DNA from: Nitrospirota bacterium
GTDB lineage: Bacteria > Nitrospirota > UBA9217
Reading direction: 5' to 3'
Assembly (NCBI GenBank): GCA_963845065.1
Contig: CAWJQQ010000001.1
Coordinates: 640,001 to 704,000, forward strand
DNA length: 64,000 nt
Shown here: piece after piece, positions 53,187 to 63,158 of the stretch
How the letters are laid out: every line of letters begins with the position of its first letter
Position numbering within the stretch: the stretch's first letter is position 1
Position numbers and translations under genes: made by a program
The notes under the pieces: model-generated
Seen by the model: the letters and a program-made list of their open reading frames with translations, nothing else
Database searches by the model: none
What the model was told of the DNA's origin: nothing

Positions 53187-54386
53187 ATGAAAAATGACTT
53201 CATGTTCACCTCGGAATCGGTGACCGAAGGCCATCCTGACAAGCTCTGCGATATCATCAGCGATGCAATAATCGATCATGTCCTGCAGAAAGATCCCTAT
53301 GCGAATATCATCGCCGAGTGCGCTGTTTCCACTGCCATTGTCTTCATCGCAGCGCGGTTTGCGACTTCGGCCAGGGTTGATTATGCCAATATCGCACGGG
53401 AAGTCATAAGCCAGGTCGACTATGATGAGAGGGTCTTCAATGCAAAGACTTGCAGTGTTATAACGAGCCTCACGGAGATACCACAAGGTGGCGGTCTGTT
53501 AATCGATGAACGGTCTTTGAGCGAGGAAGAAATCGAACGCATTCCCGCTCGGAACCAGGTGACGGTGTTCGGGTTCGCCTGCAATCAGACGGCAGCCTTA
53601 ATGCCGCTTCCCATCTGGCTTGCCCACCGTCTTGCCAGAAAGCTCGTGGCCGTACGGCTCCAAAAGGCGCTCGACTATCTCGCACCCGACGGCAAAACCC
53701 AGGTCGGCATTGAATATCGCGGCGGCAGACCGTCTCGTGTTCACAGCATCACCATTATCGCAAGTCAGAAGCGGGCCTCCGGCAAAGGCGGGCCCGATGC
53801 TAAGCGGCTCCATGACGATATCCGGGAGATGGTGCTAAATCCTGTTTTCCAGGATGAGGAGATCAGACCGGATGATCACACCCAGATCTACATCAATCCC
53901 GACGGTCCCTTCATTGGAGGAGGTCCTGCCAAACACTCAGGGTTGACTGGGAGAAAGAATGCAATCGATACCTACGGCGAGTACTCTCGTCACAGCGGGG
54001 CAGCCCTGAGCGGGAAAGATCCTTCAAGGATCGACCGGATCGGTGCCTATGCTGCTCGGTATGCTGCAAAGAATATCGTTGCGGCTGGACTTGCAGCCTC
54101 CTGCGAGGTGCAACTCAGCTATTCCATCGGATTTTCACGGCCGGTCAGCGTCCAGGTAGAGACCTTCGGGACTGGCAAAATATCTGATGAAAAAATAGCG
54201 GATATCATAGAGAAAAATTTTGACTTTCGACAGGCAGGGATCATAAGCCATTTCAACCTTCGATTCCTCCCCGCTCAGATCAAGGGCGGTTTTTATCGCA
54301 AGCTTGCGGCGTATGGTCATGTAGGAAGAATGGATATAGGCCTGCCATGGGAACTAACGGATAAAATCAATGCGGTCAAGGGATAG
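53187..54386 (+). CDS. metK: S-adenosylmethionine synthetase (MetK) family, divergent paralogue
   Basis: FTSESVTEGHPDK, DGKTQV, GLTGRK, SGKDPS, AAYGH; methionine-site residues substituted. Confidence 0.85.
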   Translation: MKNDFMFTSESVTEGHPDKLCDIISDAIIDHVLQKDPYANIIAECAVSTAIVFIAARFATSARVDYANIAREVISQVDYDERVFNAKTCSVITSLTEIPQGGGLLIDERSLSEEEIERIPARNQVTVFGFACNQTAALMPLPIWLAHRLARKLVAVRLQKALDYLAPDGKTQVGIEYRGGRPSRVHSITIIASQKRASGKGGPDAKRLHDDIREMVLNPVFQDEEIRPDDHTQIYINPDGPFIGGGPAKHSGLTGRKNAIDTYGEYSRHSGAALSGKDPSRIDRIGAYAARYAAKNIVAAGLAASCEVQLSYSIGFSRPVSVQVETFGTGKISDEKIADIIEKNFDFRQAGIISHFNLRFLPAQIKGGFYRKLAAYGHVGRMDIGLPWELTDKINAVKG

Positions 54387-54708
54387 AAACAATGCAACGA
54401 TGTGGCAAGTAAAAAAATCACAATTAGAAGATATAGCGGATGACAATCGATTTTACGATTCTGAATCCGAAAATATGTAACATCACCAAGGCCCGCTGAT
54501 GCAGGCATGGAGTTAGGATTTATCCTGAAGATATTGAAAAGCAGCATGTTGCCGTACTGAAAGGGTTTAGGAATACGGCAAGAATTAAAGTCTTATTGCC
54601 TGCACCGATAAACAAGGAAGTTTCCACTCTATTGATGCAAAAAAAATGGAATGCAGCCTAATCCCGGTCTTTCAAGGTCGTTATAATACGAAGGGTAAAG
54701 TAAAGGAT

Positions 54709-55326
54709 ATGTATCGTCTTTTTTATTTATTGCTCATATCATTAGCGAATAACCTGGATAATATAGGAGTTAGAATTGCGTATAGCATTCGAGGAATAAA
54801 AATATCTATTCCGATAAATCTTTGGATTTCTGTAATTACATTTATTATTTCAGGGTTTGCTGCTTATTCAGGCACTCTGATAACGGGATTTTTAAACAAA
54901 CAATGGTCGTCGGTCATAAGCATGCTGCTTCTTTCCGGTATTGGTTTATGGATTATAGCAGAACCCTACATGAAAAAAAAATGTGATGATCATGATGGAT
55001 CTCAGCAAGAATGTACTACAAATATTTGGCATGTTTTTGCGAAGCCTGAAAAGGCAGACAGAGACAACTCCAAACATATCGATTTTAAGGAAGCAACTGT
55101 GTTAGGCGTTGCTCTATCTATAAACAATATAGGCGGTGGATTAGGTGCCGGAATGATCGGTCTAAATTCATTTTGGGTAGGATTTTTTTCGGCTTTGATC
55201 AGTTTTCTTGCTCTTTGGGCGGGCAATTACATTACCGAATTCTTTACGAGGTGGAATATAGGTAATAAGGCAACAGTTGTAGCGGGAATTGCTTTAATTC
55301 TTATCGGCATAGAACAGTTACTATAG
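54709..55326 (+). CDS. YtaF/MntP (DUF204) family membrane protein
   Basis: SLANNLDNIGV and ALSINNIGGG repeats; KPEKADRDNSKHID linker. Confidence 0.85.
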   Translation: MYRLFYLLLISLANNLDNIGVRIAYSIRGIKISIPINLWISVITFIISGFAAYSGTLITGFLNKQWSSVISMLLLSGIGLWIIAEPYMKKKCDDHDGSQQECTTNIWHVFAKPEKADRDNSKHIDFKEATVLGVALSINNIGGGLGAGMIGLNSFWVGFFSALISFLALWAGNYITEFFTRWNIGNKATVVAGIALILIGIEQLL

Positions 55327-55520
55327 TGTTGGTCGTGCACTGGGAAAGATTATTCTGGAAGTAAGAAGCAAGATGAACGGGATCGGGGCTGCTGAAGAAT
55401 ATGAGGCGAGAGGAGTTTGGATTACTCGTATTTCTGGTTTTCTTGTTGTTCTACGTCAATATAATACAAGGGGGCACAGATCCTGACGAGTGCTTGGAAA
55501 AGGTGCGGATTGACTTTCTG

Positions 55521-55892
55521 CTAGAGCAATAAAGTCAATAATGACAATCCCGTACCAGAAAGGGCTGTGTCAATGAAAGCTCCGGATACCGCCTTGGCTA
55601 CTACGTTGAATGCCTTGGACGTTGCCTGATGAACTACTTGATCGTTGGTGACTATTTTATCGGGATGATAAAAACCACCCCTCGCGAGAGCGCTCAGGAT
55701 ATCCTGATTATGAATCTCAGTCGGGTCGTAATGGATCAGAAGGCTTCCCGTCGTCATATTGAATTCGGCGGTTCCGATACCATGACCCATTTCTACGAGG
55801 GCCTTTCGAACCTCATAATGGACCGCGCTGTTTTTGAATAGAGGATTTTTTATCCGCAGTCTACCTGGTACAATATGAACGTAGCTATTCAT
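55521..55892 (-). CDS. HMA2-domain protein
   Basis: YVHIVPGRLRIK..NMTTGSLLIHYD; ATGA-coupled to the zinc-ribbon gene. Confidence 0.85.
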   Translation of the reverse strand: MNSYVHIVPGRLRIKNPLFKNSAVHYEVRKALVEMGHGIGTAEFNMTTGSLLIHYDPTEIHNQDILSALARGGFYHPDKIVTNDQVVHQATSKAFNVVAKAVSGAFIDTALSGTGLSLLTLLL

Positions 55893-56176
55893 GATGCGAC
55901 CTCCTTCTGAAAGGGGATTTTTTGATATGATTTGCACTCAGGATAATCTGAGCACCTGAATCGCAACGAGCTTTCCTCATGCATGTAAAGGTGCATCTTG
56001 AGGCCGCATCTGGGACAGGTCGGGCGACTCTTCAATTCATGCTTCGCAATGCCGAGAATAAATTGTCTTCCGCACATAACGCATTTGAGGCGCTGCTTTC
56101 CGGTCCGTATATGACCGTATTTGTACACTGCTTCTGATTTACATACCGGGCATTTGAATTCATCTGCTGTCCCCAT
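55889..56176 (-). CDS. Double zinc-ribbon protein (paralogue of 47105-47437)
   Basis: [32 protein letters not shown]. Confidence 0.8.
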   Translation of the reverse strand: MGTADEFKCPVCKSEAVYKYGHIRTGKQRLKCVMCGRQFILGIAKHELKSRPTCPRCGLKMHLYMHEESSLRFRCSDYPECKSYQKIPFQKEVAS

Positions 56177-56202
56177 CGAACTTACACCTTTCTTTGATAA
56201 GA

Positions 56203-56256
56203 ATAGTATCATACCTATGTTACGCAAATATGAAGGAAATGTTAAATTTCTGTTAC
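56203..56256 (-). promoter_or_regulatory. Four 11-bp-spaced direct repeats (PhoB/OmpR-box-like) with adjacent -10
   Basis: GTAACA, TTAACA, TTCATA, GTAACA at 11-bp period, then TACTAT 9 nt downstream. Confidence 0.55.
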
Positions 56257-56299
56257 ATGAAAAGAAAGTCAATCAACGATTCTGGGTCCTAATAATAGA

Positions 56300-56600
56300 A
56301 GAAAATCTCCTCGACAATGCCTGGAAGTTCACTAGTAAATGTCCTGCGGCAAGAATTGAATTCGGTGCGACCGAAAGTGGGGGCAAAACGATATTCTTCG
56401 TTCACGACAATGGAGCCGGCTTTGACATGCAATATGCGGATAAACTCTTCCACCCATTCAATCGTATGCATACGGAATCCGAGTTCGCGGGCTTGGGCAT
56501 AGGCCTGGCCATCGCTCAACGCATCATCATGCGCCACGGCGGGTGGATTTGGGCAGAAGGTGCTGTGGGAAAAGGAGTAACGCTTTATTTTACGCTGTAA
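56300..56600 (+). pseudogene. Histidine kinase HATPase_c fragment
   Basis: [32 protein letters not shown]; no HisKA or sensor region. Confidence 0.8.
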
Positions 56601-56684
56601 AGATTACTATCAGAGAATTGTGAGTTTTCGACGTACCCACTATCCAGAACACCTAATTCACCGGATTCACAAGCCGTATCAATT

Positions 56685-57317
56685 TTATCTTGCGGCATAC
56701 TTGTTTAGAAAATCAAGAAAAATCTTCAGCGTTTCTTTGTCCTGGGTTGTCATATCCAAAAATTCCGTGCCAATAAAACATGTTTCCTCCTGCTTATCCA
56801 ATCTTTTCACACTGCAGTCGCATCGGATCTCTTTGTCCATGAGCTTGCATGCTATTTTATAACGTCCTTCGGGCGTTAAATTTCTGTTCTCTTGCACAGG
56901 TATTTTTAAACCGCATCCTCCTTCGCTGATGTCAGTCATGACAGCACCGGGGATCACTTGCCCGGAAGGATCAAGAAATGTAATTGGCAGATCGATTTTG
57001 AACCGAGGTGCAACCCTTAACTTCAGGCATTCCATTTTTGTGGGAAATTTGAGGAACATCACCGGGAAAGGATAAAACTGGACGGTCAGGACTTCCGTCT
57101 CGAAACCATAGGCAACACCGTCTTTCAAGAATCGAATTTTGCAGATATCCTTGGCATTCAGATATGCCGGCTTTCCTTGACTATAGACGGCATCTGTCAG
57201 AATGAATTCGTCTTGACTCCATCCTATGATTTTTGTCGTTAAATAGGCCTTGTAGTATGTTTCAATTGACAGCGTCAGATTGATAGCAAATATAGAATTT
57301 TCCATTATTGGCCTCAT
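56685..57317 (-). CDS. Flagellar brake-like PilZ protein (YcgR-like N domain + PilZ)
   Basis: RVAPR and DISEGG c-di-GMP binding motifs. Confidence 0.85.
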   Translation of the reverse strand: MRPIMENSIFAINLTLSIETYYKAYLTTKIIGWSQDEFILTDAVYSQGKPAYLNAKDICKIRFLKDGVAYGFETEVLTVQFYPFPVMFLKFPTKMECLKLRVAPRFKIDLPITFLDPSGQVIPGAVMTDISEGGCGLKIPVQENRNLTPEGRYKIACKLMDKEIRCDCSVKRLDKQEETCFIGTEFLDMTTQDKETLKIFLDFLNKYAAR

Positions 57318-57517
57318 AGGAGATGTTCATGAGCATCATTATTAATATCTAATCATTCATATGCTTATAACCACAAAGAGCCTAGGTGTAGGTTTCTTTG
57401 TTTCTTTATAGCTTCAATAACGATGTTTATGAAAAGGTTGAACTGCTATCTTTAGAAGTCGTGTTTTTATCAAATAAATATATTCACTGCATATGAGCGC
57501 AATAGCCGCTTTTAACT

Positions 57518-57950
57518 TGTAATTCCCCACAGCTTGCTGCGTGGAGATTTATTCGACGTCTTAACGGCAAGAAAGCCCTGGCTTTGGCCATGGGGTTGAA
57601 TTGCTGTGCAGTTATTTTTTTCTGTCATCGCCATATATGTATCATCCGCTCTTTGAAAACCAAGATATGAGGTTCCTTTGAGAATATCACCGGGTAAAAT
57701 CTTTGTCTGTCCACGATATTGTCGGACTGCTTAAGTCTAGCCAGGTGCTTGCCTGCTCCTTGAATGGGTAATGTCGAGATTGCAATATCAAGCGAAGAAT
57801 GATCAGTTTTTTATCTATCGGTGGTGGCCTGCGGGCCTGAGACAAAGTCGCTTGCCCGTTAAAATATCCCAACGACAATCAAGATCGGTAACTTAAATTT
57901 CTTGTCGAAGCTCTTGCCGGTAGTGCCGTTAGAATCCCCTGGCTTCAGCA
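57518..57950. mobile_element. IS200/IS605-type terminal hairpin remnants
   Basis: TAATTCCCCACAGCTTGCTGCGTGGAG, GAAAGCCCTGGCTTTGGCCATGGGG and GAATCCCCTGGCTTCAGC; no intact ORF. Confidence 0.45.
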
Positions 57951-58232
57951 GGTTGTCTGACAATACAAATTTTGTTAGTTTGGCTAACGTAAATTCAATT
58001 AGATACGAGGGCAAAAAACGCTATAAATACTGTTGTCGGACAACCTGTCAGGCATGAGGTAGGTCAGAACTAAAAGCTTTTCATACGATGCATCAATGTA
58101 GCGAACATGTGTGATTAATAGACCGGCCTTTTTTAAAGATAGCCCTGAATGTTGCGTGTCCCATGCAATTTTGTAAAAGTACAACAGCTATAAAGTTTAA
58201 TAAGAAAGCGTTGACTCACCATCGTAGCGTGG

Positions 58233-59246
58233 TCATCTATTGAGAAAGGACAATAGCTCCTCGTGGAATCGCTCTGTTGCCTCTAAATGCGGGATGTGTC
58301 CTACATTTGGTAGTTCAACGAGGGTAGACCCGGAGATGAGTTTTGAGGTTTTCCTACCTAGAACAGGGTATTGGCCGACGCTTGCGAGCAGGTCTTTTTT
58401 CACCCTAGATTTTCCTGCCACGGTCCTGTCTGCCTGACCGATCACGAGCAGGGTCTTTGCATGGATATTTGCAAACTCGTGGCAGACCGGCTGCTCGTAG
58501 ATCATCTGATAGGTAAGAGCCGAAGACAAGACGAGGCGTGGATACTCGCCGCTGGCTTTCCAGCGAACAGCAACGTTGGCATACTCCTCATATTCGGGTT
58601 TCAATTGTGCAAAGTACGATTTATAATAGTTACGAATGCCTTTTTCTGACGTGTTTAACTCAGCCTGATAGAGCTCTTCCAAAGAGGCATAAGGCACGAT
58701 GGAGCGATAATCTTCAAGACCGATAGGATTTTCCAAGATCAGGTGTGATACCATCTCAGGGTACATGAGTACGAAGCGGGTCGCAAGCATACCGCCCATG
58801 GAATGTCCAACAACCGCTATTTCTTTGACTCCAAGGACGTCCAGAAGTTTTTTAGTGTTGGAGGCTAAAAGGTGAAAGCTATAGTGAATGTTGGGTTTTG
58901 ACGATTTGCCGAAGCCGATCTGGTCGGGTACTACAACGCGGTAGCCATTCTTGGACAGGAAGCAAATAGTGTCCTTCCAGTAAGCCCCGAAGAAGTTTTT
59001 GCCGTGAAGAAGTAGGACTACACGACCGCGGTCAATCCCTTCGGGTGGAACATCCATGTATGCCATTCTCAAATCCTGGCCTTCAATTGTCAATGGGAGA
59101 AATTCAACCTGATATGGGTAGTCATAGCTTTCCATCGTTATAGACAACGGTTTAAGCTCCTCAGCCTTGGCAACCAAAGGAGTCAAGAGCGTCATTATAG
59201 TAAATATGAATAGGCTTATTGTTGCGGCCGCGCGATGCTTACACAT
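58233..59246 (-). CDS. Secreted alpha/beta hydrolase
   Basis: LLHGKNF, PDQIGFGKS, GHSMGG, GHIPH; signal peptide. Confidence 0.9.
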   Translation of the reverse strand: MCKHRAAATISLFIFTIMTLLTPLVAKAEELKPLSITMESYDYPYQVEFLPLTIEGQDLRMAYMDVPPEGIDRGRVVLLLHGKNFFGAYWKDTICFLSKNGYRVVVPDQIGFGKSSKPNIHYSFHLLASNTKKLLDVLGVKEIAVVGHSMGGMLATRFVLMYPEMVSHLILENPIGLEDYRSIVPYASLEELYQAELNTSEKGIRNYYKSYFAQLKPEYEEYANVAVRWKASGEYPRLVLSSALTYQMIYEQPVCHEFANIHAKTLLVIGQADRTVAGKSRVKKDLLASVGQYPVLGRKTSKLISGSTLVELPNVGHIPHLEATERFHEELLSFLNR

Positions 59247-59514
59247 ATCTTTCCTCCTGTTGTCGCTTCGAATTAAAATTATAAGAGTATTAATCCCATG
59301 ATTTACTAACAAAATTATCAATTGGTGATTTAAAGATGTCGAATAATTAATTTATATGGCAAGATCAGACTAAACAAGACAATAACAAACGGAAACGTCT
59401 TTGTCCCCCCTGTCTTCGATTGTATGAAAAACTTCAATCATGAGCAATCTCATTAGCCTGGGCCCTTTAGCATTGAAGCACACATGCCTTATCTGACGAC
59501 TTAATATACTTACA

Positions 59515-62500
59515 CTATGCATCAAGACATGCTCTGATGCGTTCGAGGAGGTCTTTCGGTGATATAGGTTTTAGAATGAATTCGACACCACTTTGAAGAA
59601 GTTCCTCGGCCGCTTTAATATCTGCTGTATAGCCGCTCATGAAGAGTATTTTTACATCAGGCCGGACTTTTATTATTTCATCATATGCCTCTTTACCACT
59701 TTTCTTGGGCATGATCATATCCAGAAGGATGATTTTAATGACGTCCTTATTATTCATGAATTTGATCACAGCATCAATACCATTTTCTGCGTCGATCACC
59801 GTATAACCAACCTCGGAAAGCACAGTTCGGAAAAGCGTCCGGAGTGCTACATCATCCTCTGCGATAAGCACGGTTTCCGGTCCGCCTTGCAGTTTATCCT
59901 CGGGGACACTACTGGAAGTTCTCCGTGTTTCATGTTCTGAAGCAATTAGAGGCAAGTATATCTTGAAAGTGCTCCCTTTGCCAAGTTCACTGTAAACGTC
60001 TATAAATCCAAGATGTTGCTTTATGATTCCATATACCATCGCAAGCCCGAGGCCGGTACCTTTTCCGACCTCTTTTGTAGTGAAGAAAGGTTCGAAAATC
60101 TTTTTACGGGTTATCTCGTCCATTCCCATCCCTGTATCTGTTACCGATACAACGACATACATTCCAATCTCACCATAACCGTGTGCTCGGATAAAGGTAT
60201 CATCCACTTCTATAACCTCAGATTCTATAAGTAAGGAGCCTCCATGTGGCATCGCATCCCTCGCATTGGTTGCGAGGTTCATCAAAGCCTGCTCGATTTG
60301 ACCACTATCCGCATTAACTGTCACGGTATTCTGTTTGAAGACAGTATGGAGCTCAATATCCTCTCCGATGACTCTTCGCAAAAGCTCCTCCACACGTCGG
60401 ATAATCTCATTCAGGTCTGCCGGGCGTGAATTCAGAATCTGTTTCCTGCTGAACGCGAGGAGACTATGAGTCAAACTGGCTGCACGGTCGGCAGCTTCGA
60501 GTAAATGCTGGACATTGGTACGGAGCGGATCATCTTCATTCGTCTTCATCAGGAGGATACTGCCGTAGCCTATGATGGCGGAGAGAATATTGTTGAAATC
60601 ATGCGCGATGCCGCCTGACAGCTGGCCGACCGCCTCCATTTTTTGAGCTTGCATCAGCTGACTTTCAAGTTTTTTCCGCTCCGAGATATCACGGATGATC
60701 CCCGCAGCATGCCACTTGTCTTTGAGGCGGATACCAGATACGGCCAACTCGACCGGGATTTCAGTGCCGTCCTTCCTGACTGCAAAAACTTGGTATGTTT
60801 TTCCCAACAATGAACCTTGTCCGGTTTCTACAAATTTTTTAAATGCCAACGCATGCGTTTCTCTATATCGGTGAGGTATGATGACCATTATGTTTTTCCC
60901 CATGATCTCTTCTGGGGCATACCCGAGCATGCTACATGCGGACGAATTCCAGTATACGACTCTTTCTTCATGGTCGATCAAGATAATGGCATCAGTTGCC
61001 GTATCGGTGATGGCCTGTAATTTTTGTTCGCTTTCTACGAGCGAGTCTTCCGCCTGACTTCTGACGATAATTCCGGCTAAGGTGTTTGAAATTGTTATGA
61101 GCAATTCCCGCTCTCGTTCATTGCTTTTATGGCCATCCTTCAAGTAGACACTTAACACCCCCAGTATCTTCCCGGAAAAAATTATAGGGACACAGTAATA
61201 GCTATGCGGAACGATGTCGTCGTAGGGGGTTTCATGCCGCTTATCAACGTTATCAACAAAAATGATTTTGCCTGTTAATGCAGCTTGTCCGCAGATACAT
61301 TTGCCCATTGGAACGCGTGCGCACATTTTTTGAATGCGTTCATCGAGATTTCTATGGGCCTTTAAAGCCAAAAAACCGGGGTCACTTTCAACAAGAAAGA
61401 TAGCGCCACTCGATTGAGAGATAAGGAAGGGGATCGAGAGGACTAGGGCCAGGGCGCGATCAAGAATGTCCTCGAGAGGGACCTTCTCCAGTGATAAGAG
61501 TAATAATGAATTTATAACCGCTTGAGTATCATAGTTCCGGTTAATTTCCTCTTCAGCGTACTTGCGCTCCGTGATATCCTGGAGCGTTTGGATGACTGCA
61601 ATTAAAACCCCTTTGCTGTCATAGAGGGGTGCAGCGTCGAAAAGAATATATCTGTCTTTGCCATGCAGGTTACGGCGCCAGCCTTCCGAATGCAGTGCGT
61701 CCGGTGAGAGTGTAGACTTGGTATAAATTGGATAAAGAGCCGGAAGGTCATTATAATTAGCATCAATGACGATATCCGCAAGGGTCGCCCGTTTCTTCTT
61801 ATAAAAAGGCCGCCACTGATTATCGGTTCCAAGCATATCAGAGGATGAAAATCCGGTTAGCTCTTCACATGCCTTATTCCAAAGTGTTATTTTGTGTTGA
61901 GCGTCTAGAACAAAGGTCGCAACAGCGGAGTTCTCAAGAAGATTGTCAGTGAATTTTTTCTGCTCCAGCAAGGAATCTTTTATCTTTGCTTGTTCTGTGA
62001 AATCTTCCACTATTCCAACGCCACCTTTGATATTCCCATCTTGGTCGAAGATGGGGGCTGTAAGCATCCGGATATGAATTCCAGCCTGACTTGTGGTGTT
62101 TTTGTAAAACCCTTCATAATTGCCGTCATTTCCTTTTATTGCCTCTATTATGGCCGGCAATACGCGTTGATCGGATAGAGTATGCATATCAAGGCCGATA
62201 AGAGCATCTCGACGTGACTGTAGAATAGCTACAAAACTGTCATTACAATCATTGATTTGTAACTTGGGATCATAGTTGAATATGCCAATTGGGATTTTCT
62301 GGAAAAGAAGACGGTACTTTATTTCGCTCACACTTAACGACTTCTCAACTCGTACATGGTTTAGATAAAATGCTGATGTGAGCCAGAAAACGAAAACACC
62401 GAGAAAACAATTCAGAAGCCCGTATTTTAGTCCCACGCCTGTGGGAGACAATATGAGGCCTACAAACATGAGAACAGTACAAACTGACGTGAATACAATA

Positions 62501-62673
62501 ATATGGAGTCTATTTGATGTTCTGCAAATCAGCAGAATAGGGAGAAGATAAAGCAGCCATGCAACAAACCCAACTGGCGTTATTACATCGAGGATAAATA
62601 TGCCCGATGTTAAAAATGCAACGAAAAGATATTTTAAATCGTAAATGGATATTTTTTTCACAAGAGTATTCAT
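59515..62673 (-). CDS. Hybrid sensor histidine kinase (TM, PAS x3, GAF, HisKA, HATPase, REC)
   Basis: AHDFNN, NARDAM, FEPFFTTK, GTGLGL, LLDMIMP. Confidence 0.95.
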   Translation of the reverse strand: MNTLVKKISIYDLKYLFVAFLTSGIFILDVITPVGFVAWLLYLLPILLICRTSNRLHIIVFTSVCTVLMFVGLILSPTGVGLKYGLLNCFLGVFVFWLTSAFYLNHVRVEKSLSVSEIKYRLLFQKIPIGIFNYDPKLQINDCNDSFVAILQSRRDALIGLDMHTLSDQRVLPAIIEAIKGNDGNYEGFYKNTTSQAGIHIRMLTAPIFDQDGNIKGGVGIVEDFTEQAKIKDSLLEQKKFTDNLLENSAVATFVLDAQHKITLWNKACEELTGFSSSDMLGTDNQWRPFYKKKRATLADIVIDANYNDLPALYPIYTKSTLSPDALHSEGWRRNLHGKDRYILFDAAPLYDSKGVLIAVIQTLQDITERKYAEEEINRNYDTQAVINSLLLLSLEKVPLEDILDRALALVLSIPFLISQSSGAIFLVESDPGFLALKAHRNLDERIQKMCARVPMGKCICGQAALTGKIIFVDNVDKRHETPYDDIVPHSYYCVPIIFSGKILGVLSVYLKDGHKSNERERELLITISNTLAGIIVRSQAEDSLVESEQKLQAITDTATDAIILIDHEERVVYWNSSACSMLGYAPEEIMGKNIMVIIPHRYRETHALAFKKFVETGQGSLLGKTYQVFAVRKDGTEIPVELAVSGIRLKDKWHAAGIIRDISERKKLESQLMQAQKMEAVGQLSGGIAHDFNNILSAIIGYGSILLMKTNEDDPLRTNVQHLLEAADRAASLTHSLLAFSRKQILNSRPADLNEIIRRVEELLRRVIGEDIELHTVFKQNTVTVNADSGQIEQALMNLATNARDAMPHGGSLLIESEVIEVDDTFIRAHGYGEIGMYVVVSVTDTGMGMDEITRKKIFEPFFTTKEVGKGTGLGLAMVYGIIKQHLGFIDVYSELGKGSTFKIYLPLIASEHETRRTSSSVPEDKLQGGPETVLIAEDDVALRTLFRTVLSEVGYTVIDAENGIDAVIKFMNNKDVIKIILLDMIMPKKSGKEAYDEIIKVRPDVKILFMSGYTADIKAAEELLQSGVEFILKPISPKDLLERIRACLDA

Positions 62674-63158
62674 ATTGGCAGGTTAAGTAGGCTTTTAAAT
62701 CAATTATTCATACCGCCAATCCAAATGATAAATATATCTTCATGACCATGTCCCCCATACAAATCTATAATAACGTTGTCGAATATTTATTATGATAGAA
62801 TCGACACTTCGAATCGGGTCGAAAAATGTGTGAATTGCAACGTATAGCAACTACAACAATGTCGGAATGTCACTTACACGACACGTTTCAGCTGTGTTTC
62901 TTTACTTCACGCCCCTGCTGGCTCTAATGATGAGCATTACCTAAGTGTGCAGTATCCGTCAAGCAAGACAATTAATGAGTGAGTTTGCAACTTACGCCCA
63001 TACATGGCTGTAGCAAGTTTGTAGCACGGATCACGTCGTTTGCCTGTCGCATTGTTTGTAAATGCTGCAACGAACCAAGGCTGAGGTCAATGCCGCCAAC
63101 GTCAGTATTCGAGGTCGCTGCTGCTTTTTCTGTTGGGGAAAGTGGTACATCTCGCGGA

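Noticed and set aside
47105..56176. IS1 composite transposon formed by the two InsA-like genes
   Set aside because: No InsB, IS1 inverted repeats or TSD seen; the two copies are highly diverged.
56121..56600. 159-aa ORF as an intact histidine kinase
   Set aside because: N-terminal part overlaps the zinc-ribbon gene and its promoter; only an HATPase fragment is real.
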